A DNA stretch of 25,798 nt. It comes from a virus. Below are positions 22,758 through 25,798 of this stretch, in pieces (the stretch's first letter is position 1; each line of letters begins with the position of its first letter). The translations under genes were made by a program, and so were the position numbers. Below the pieces are notes generated by a model. It saw nothing but the letters and a program-made list of their open reading frames with translations. It was not told where the DNA came from and searched no databases. Location: IMG/VR virus record IMGVR_UViG_3300002821_000230; one strand, written 5' to 3'.

Positions 22758-25606
22758 GACGACAAACTGTTGTTATCCTGGTCGCGCTCCTGGCATTGTG
22801 CCTGCTCGTTGTGCCGGCTGGCGCGTGGCAGGAGGATTTCCAGTCGGGAACGGCGTATGGGTGGACGGCCACTGGTGGCAATGCCGCGGTAGAGCCATAT
22901 CAGCACGTGGATAGATACGCATTGAAAGTTCCCCGGTATACAACCGTGTGGGCCAATCCAGAGCAGAACTTTAATTATCTTGCACTCACGAGCCTGTTTG
23001 GCGATATGCCCTACAAGACAATAAAGATCTACTCAGAAACAGGCACTCTCCTTTGCGATATAGGTATAACCTTTTGGCCGCTCACGGCCCACCGGGTAGA
23101 GGTGGTCTTCACCGGGACCACCGCGAACGTTTATTGTGATGGTCTTTTTGTTAATAGTGTATCATGTAACGGCCAACCCTATAATTTTGCGTATACTAGA
23201 GGCGAGACTACTCCTGATAATGACTGGATCGATGACGTGGTCATCGGCGGCAGCGAACCAGACATTCTCGGCATCATCCCGCCAGGCTGGTATGTCCTCA
23301 AACACCCGACCGATCCGTATGCAAGCGGTCTCCATAGAAGCGACGATACATTCGCCAATCCTCATATAATGCATGCAACCTACGGTCTTGACGACCTGGC
23401 GGACGAAAACACCAGGATCGTGCTGCAACCAATGGGGTCCGGCTATTTCCTCAACACAACCTATCTCCCTGTAGGCGAAAATTTCGGAGTCGTCGCCCTC
23501 AACATCACAGAACTCCTGATAAACAATCCAGATGCCCCACCCGGATACTATTACCTGAAACTGATGCGGGGCGACACCCTCCTGGACTATGGTCTGTTTC
23601 CATACACCAACGGCGGCGGTACGATCTCGTTTGATGCAGACTCTTATGTCTCGACGCAAACCACAACCGTCTCGCACGAGATATCGATCTTCAGCATCCA
23701 GGATTACACTTACAGGGGCCAGATCATTGATATCTATGGCAACGAGAAAACATCGTGGCCGATCACCTCGATGACCGGCACCCATTCTGTTGATCTCACC
23801 GGCTATTCTTCCGGGACATATTTCCTCCTGCTCAAAGCAACCGACCGGGACACCGGTGAGGAATACGTCTTCGATGTCGACCATGCTGAGGTGAACGAGG
23901 AGATCTGGGTCACCGGCACGGCGTATGATGCCGAGACCGGCGAGCCCCTTGAAGGCGTCACCGTGGATATCGGCCAGTTTGGTACCATAACCAGTAACGT
24001 CACCGTGGCGGACGGCAGTTATGCGACCGTTAAAGGGCTGTATGCCGACAACCCGATCACCGTCAACGCGAGCAAAGCCGGGTACACCCACAACAACTTC
24101 TCGTTTACGCCGCTGGGTAACGGTCTCAAGACGGTTAACCTGTACCTGATCCCGTCTCCCCCCAATTTCACCGGCGCGGCGGCCATCGGGGGCCTGGTCC
24201 ACGACATACCATACCGGCAGCCGGTCGGCGGGGCGACCGTCACGATCGCAAACGGCACCTGGAGCAACACAACGATTGCCAACACCACCGGGTACTACAT
24301 CTTTTCAGATCTTGCCGTGAACGAATCCTATAATGTCAATTCAACCCTTGTCGGGTATCAACCTTCGGCAGTATACTCGGCAACGACTCAAAACGAGACC
24401 TTTGTGAGGCAGGATATAGAGATGAGCGGACTCTACACGCTCACACTCGAACTCAGGGACGCCACCGACCACAGCCTGATCACTACCAGCATGACTGTAG
24501 AGGCAGATGATGCCACAAACGTCACCACAAACGGGCAAACTACGTTCCACAACCTTGATTATGGCATTGTTACGGTCACCGTCTCCGGCAACGACGACTA
24601 TTATGGCGTCTCTGAGAACATCCTGGTCGAAGAGGATACCCTCAAAACGATCTATCTCACCCGCAAGACAGAGAGTACCCCGTTTGCCTATCCGCCGCAC
24701 AATGTCCGGTTTATCGTCAGGTCAGCGTTTGGTGCCCCTATCGAAGGTGTTACCGTTGAGGCTACCGGTTACGAGACCACAATGGGCAGTTTTTCGTGGT
24801 TGTTTGACCTGCTCGGTATAGATTACGAGAAGACACAGGTTCACAACCAGACGATGAACGGCACCACCGGCAGCGATGGCGGCATCGATTTCATGATGTT
24901 TGAGGCGATCAAGTATCGGCTCACATTTTACAAGGACGGAGTGATCAATACCACCTGGGAAGGTTTTCCAAAAGACGAGTATTACACCATCTGGGCGCCG
25001 ACGGTTGGCCCGTCCGAGTGGTTTGAGTACGGAGTCAACCCGTTGGAGGCGGTCAACTTCACCGTCACGGGAACCACCGCCACCGAGGATGAGGCAACCA
25101 TCACCGTCCACTACAACGACACGCTCGGAGAGACTACCAGCGCGGCGGTATACCTGAACCAGACGTTTACCAACGGCACCGAGATACTGGTCAGCCAGTA
25201 TCTTGGCGGAACCGCACACACCTGGAACCATACATTCACTCTCGATGGCGACCACCGGGGTGAGAGTTATCTCGTCCATCTGCGGGCCCAGCACGGGACA
25301 CTCGGCAACATCACCCGCGATTTTGGTGTCTATTTCAAGCCGGCACCGATCTCGTTTGGCCTGCCCGAAGACCTCCTCCTGTATGGCGCGATGGCGGTGA
25401 TGATATTTACCGCGCTCTTCTTCGGCCAGAGTTCCGTGGGGGCGGGCTGTATTGTGTTCGCGTTTGAGGGCTGGCTTTTCTACTGGATAGGCTGGCTCCA
25501 GGATCTCGGTAGTGAGTACGCGGTCGGCACAGCACTCATCATCATCAGTGTGGTGGCGGTTCTGGTGAACGTGATGCAACGATCCAAGCGGGAGCGATAC
25601 GCATGA
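22754..25606 (+). CDS. Large glycosylated adhesin/terminal-fibre-like protein (signal peptide, CarboxypepD_reg-like beta-sandwich repeats, C-terminal approx. 3 TM anchor)
   Basis: Start corrected to ATG22754 (ATGA overlap); MRRQTVVILVALLALCLLVVPAGA; repeats such as VTGTAYDAETGEPLEGVTV..ASKAGY and IGGLVHD..QPVGGATV; about 20 N-x-S/T sequons. Confidence 0.85.
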   Translation: MRRQTVVILVALLALCLLVVPAGAWQEDFQSGTAYGWTATGGNAAVEPYQHVDRYALKVPRYTTVWANPEQNFNYLALTSLFGDMPYKTIKIYSETGTLLCDIGITFWPLTAHRVEVVFTGTTANVYCDGLFVNSVSCNGQPYNFAYTRGETTPDNDWIDDVVIGGSEPDILGIIPPGWYVLKHPTDPYASGLHRSDDTFANPHIMHATYGLDDLADENTRIVLQPMGSGYFLNTTYLPVGENFGVVALNITELLINNPDAPPGYYYLKLMRGDTLLDYGLFPYTNGGGTISFDADSYVSTQTTTVSHEISIFSIQDYTYRGQIIDIYGNEKTSWPITSMTGTHSVDLTGYSSGTYFLLLKATDRDTGEEYVFDVDHAEVNEEIWVTGTAYDAETGEPLEGVTVDIGQFGTITSNVTVADGSYATVKGLYADNPITVNASKAGYTHNNFSFTPLGNGLKTVNLYLIPSPPNFTGAAAIGGLVHDIPYRQPVGGATVTIANGTWSNTTIANTTGYYIFSDLAVNESYNVNSTLVGYQPSAVYSATTQNETFVRQDIEMSGLYTLTLELRDATDHSLITTSMTVEADDATNVTTNGQTTFHNLDYGIVTVTVSGNDDYYGVSENILVEEDTLKTIYLTRKTESTPFAYPPHNVRFIVRSAFGAPIEGVTVEATGYETTMGSFSWLFDLLGIDYEKTQVHNQTMNGTTGSDGGIDFMMFEAIKYRLTFYKDGVINTTWEGFPKDEYYTIWAPTVGPSEWFEYGVNPLEAVNFTVTGTTATEDEATITVHYNDTLGETTSAAVYLNQTFTNGTEILVSQYLGGTAHTWNHTFTLDGDHRGESYLVHLRAQHGTLGNITRDFGVYFKPAPISFGLPEDLLLYGAMAVMIFTALFFGQSSVGAGCIVFAFEGWLFYWIGWLQDLGSEYAVGTALIIISVVAVLVNVMQRSKRERYA

Positions 25607-25798
25607 TGCTATACAAGATTATGCTCAGTCTGTTTATCTTCGGTCTCGTGGCAGGCGCACTTAACGCGTCAGGCATCTACTCGGTCGCGGTGCCAGAGAG
25701 TGGCGTTAGCATCTCACAGGCAGACGTTGTTGACTTTGCGTCATCCAGCGACGACGGTCTTAACTTCTTCTACATCTACAGCAGTATTGCAACGGCGG
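25603..25798 (+). CDS. N-terminal part of a small membrane protein (3'-partial; joins in frame to 1-149)
   Basis: ATG25603 overlaps the upstream TGA; MMLYKIMLSLFIFGLVAGALNASG...; open to the window end. Confidence 0.75.
   Translation, partial: MMLYKIMLSLFIFGLVAGALNASGIYSVAVPESGVSISQADVVDFASSSDDGLNFFYIYSSIATA

Larger units (their letters stand above)
1..25798. mobile_element. Probable temperate archaeal virus genome, spindle-shaped-virus-like, probably circular; likely Methanomicrobiales host
   Basis: Tight operons with ATGA/TGATG/TAAATG junctions; two-hydrophobic-helix capsid-like genes, P-loop ATPase, adhesins, tyrosine recombinase, Xis-like and RHH regulators; no housekeeping genes; window ends join in frame. 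Confidence 0.8.

Noticed and set aside
23162-25579. Long minus-strand ORFs (346, 285 aa and others)
   Set aside because: Antisense shadows of the adhesin gene with no RBS or domain signal
1-25798. Diversity-generating retroelement acting on the adhesins
   Set aside because: No reverse transcriptase motif and no TR/VR pair with adenine-specific mismatches seen; the PKD repeat has only one mismatch

Overview
The window reads as one compact archaeal virus genome, probably complete and circular (about 25.8 kb). The last 196 nt and first 149 nt join in frame into a single membrane-protein gene. GC-rich coding DNA, GGAGG/GAGGTG ribosome-binding sites, TATA-box promoters and PKD/dockerin/cohesin domains of a style typical of Methanomicrobiales suggest a methanogen host (inference). 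There are four modules. (i) A virion/morphogenesis block (20331-25798 wrapping to 1-7837) holds an 808-aa protein with an AbiEii-like nucleotidyltransferase domain and a (YSPP)16 repeat, a large glycosylated adhesin, an adjacent dockerin adhesin plus membrane-anchored cohesin pair, two-helix hairpin proteins resembling spindle-shaped virus capsid proteins, and a P-loop ATPase. (ii) A mosaic array of small paralogous genes (8269-13631) shares hairpins and junction microhomologies. (iii) A minimal tyrosine recombinase sits beside a tRNA-like sequence, followed by a minus-strand accessory operon (NDT-like, ASCH, Zn fingers). (iv) A regulatory/origin-like region carries an excisionase-like HTH gene, a GATC/A-tract inverted repeat array and RHH genes. 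No replication enzyme is recognisable. All family assignments come from motif recognition by eye; no database search was run.
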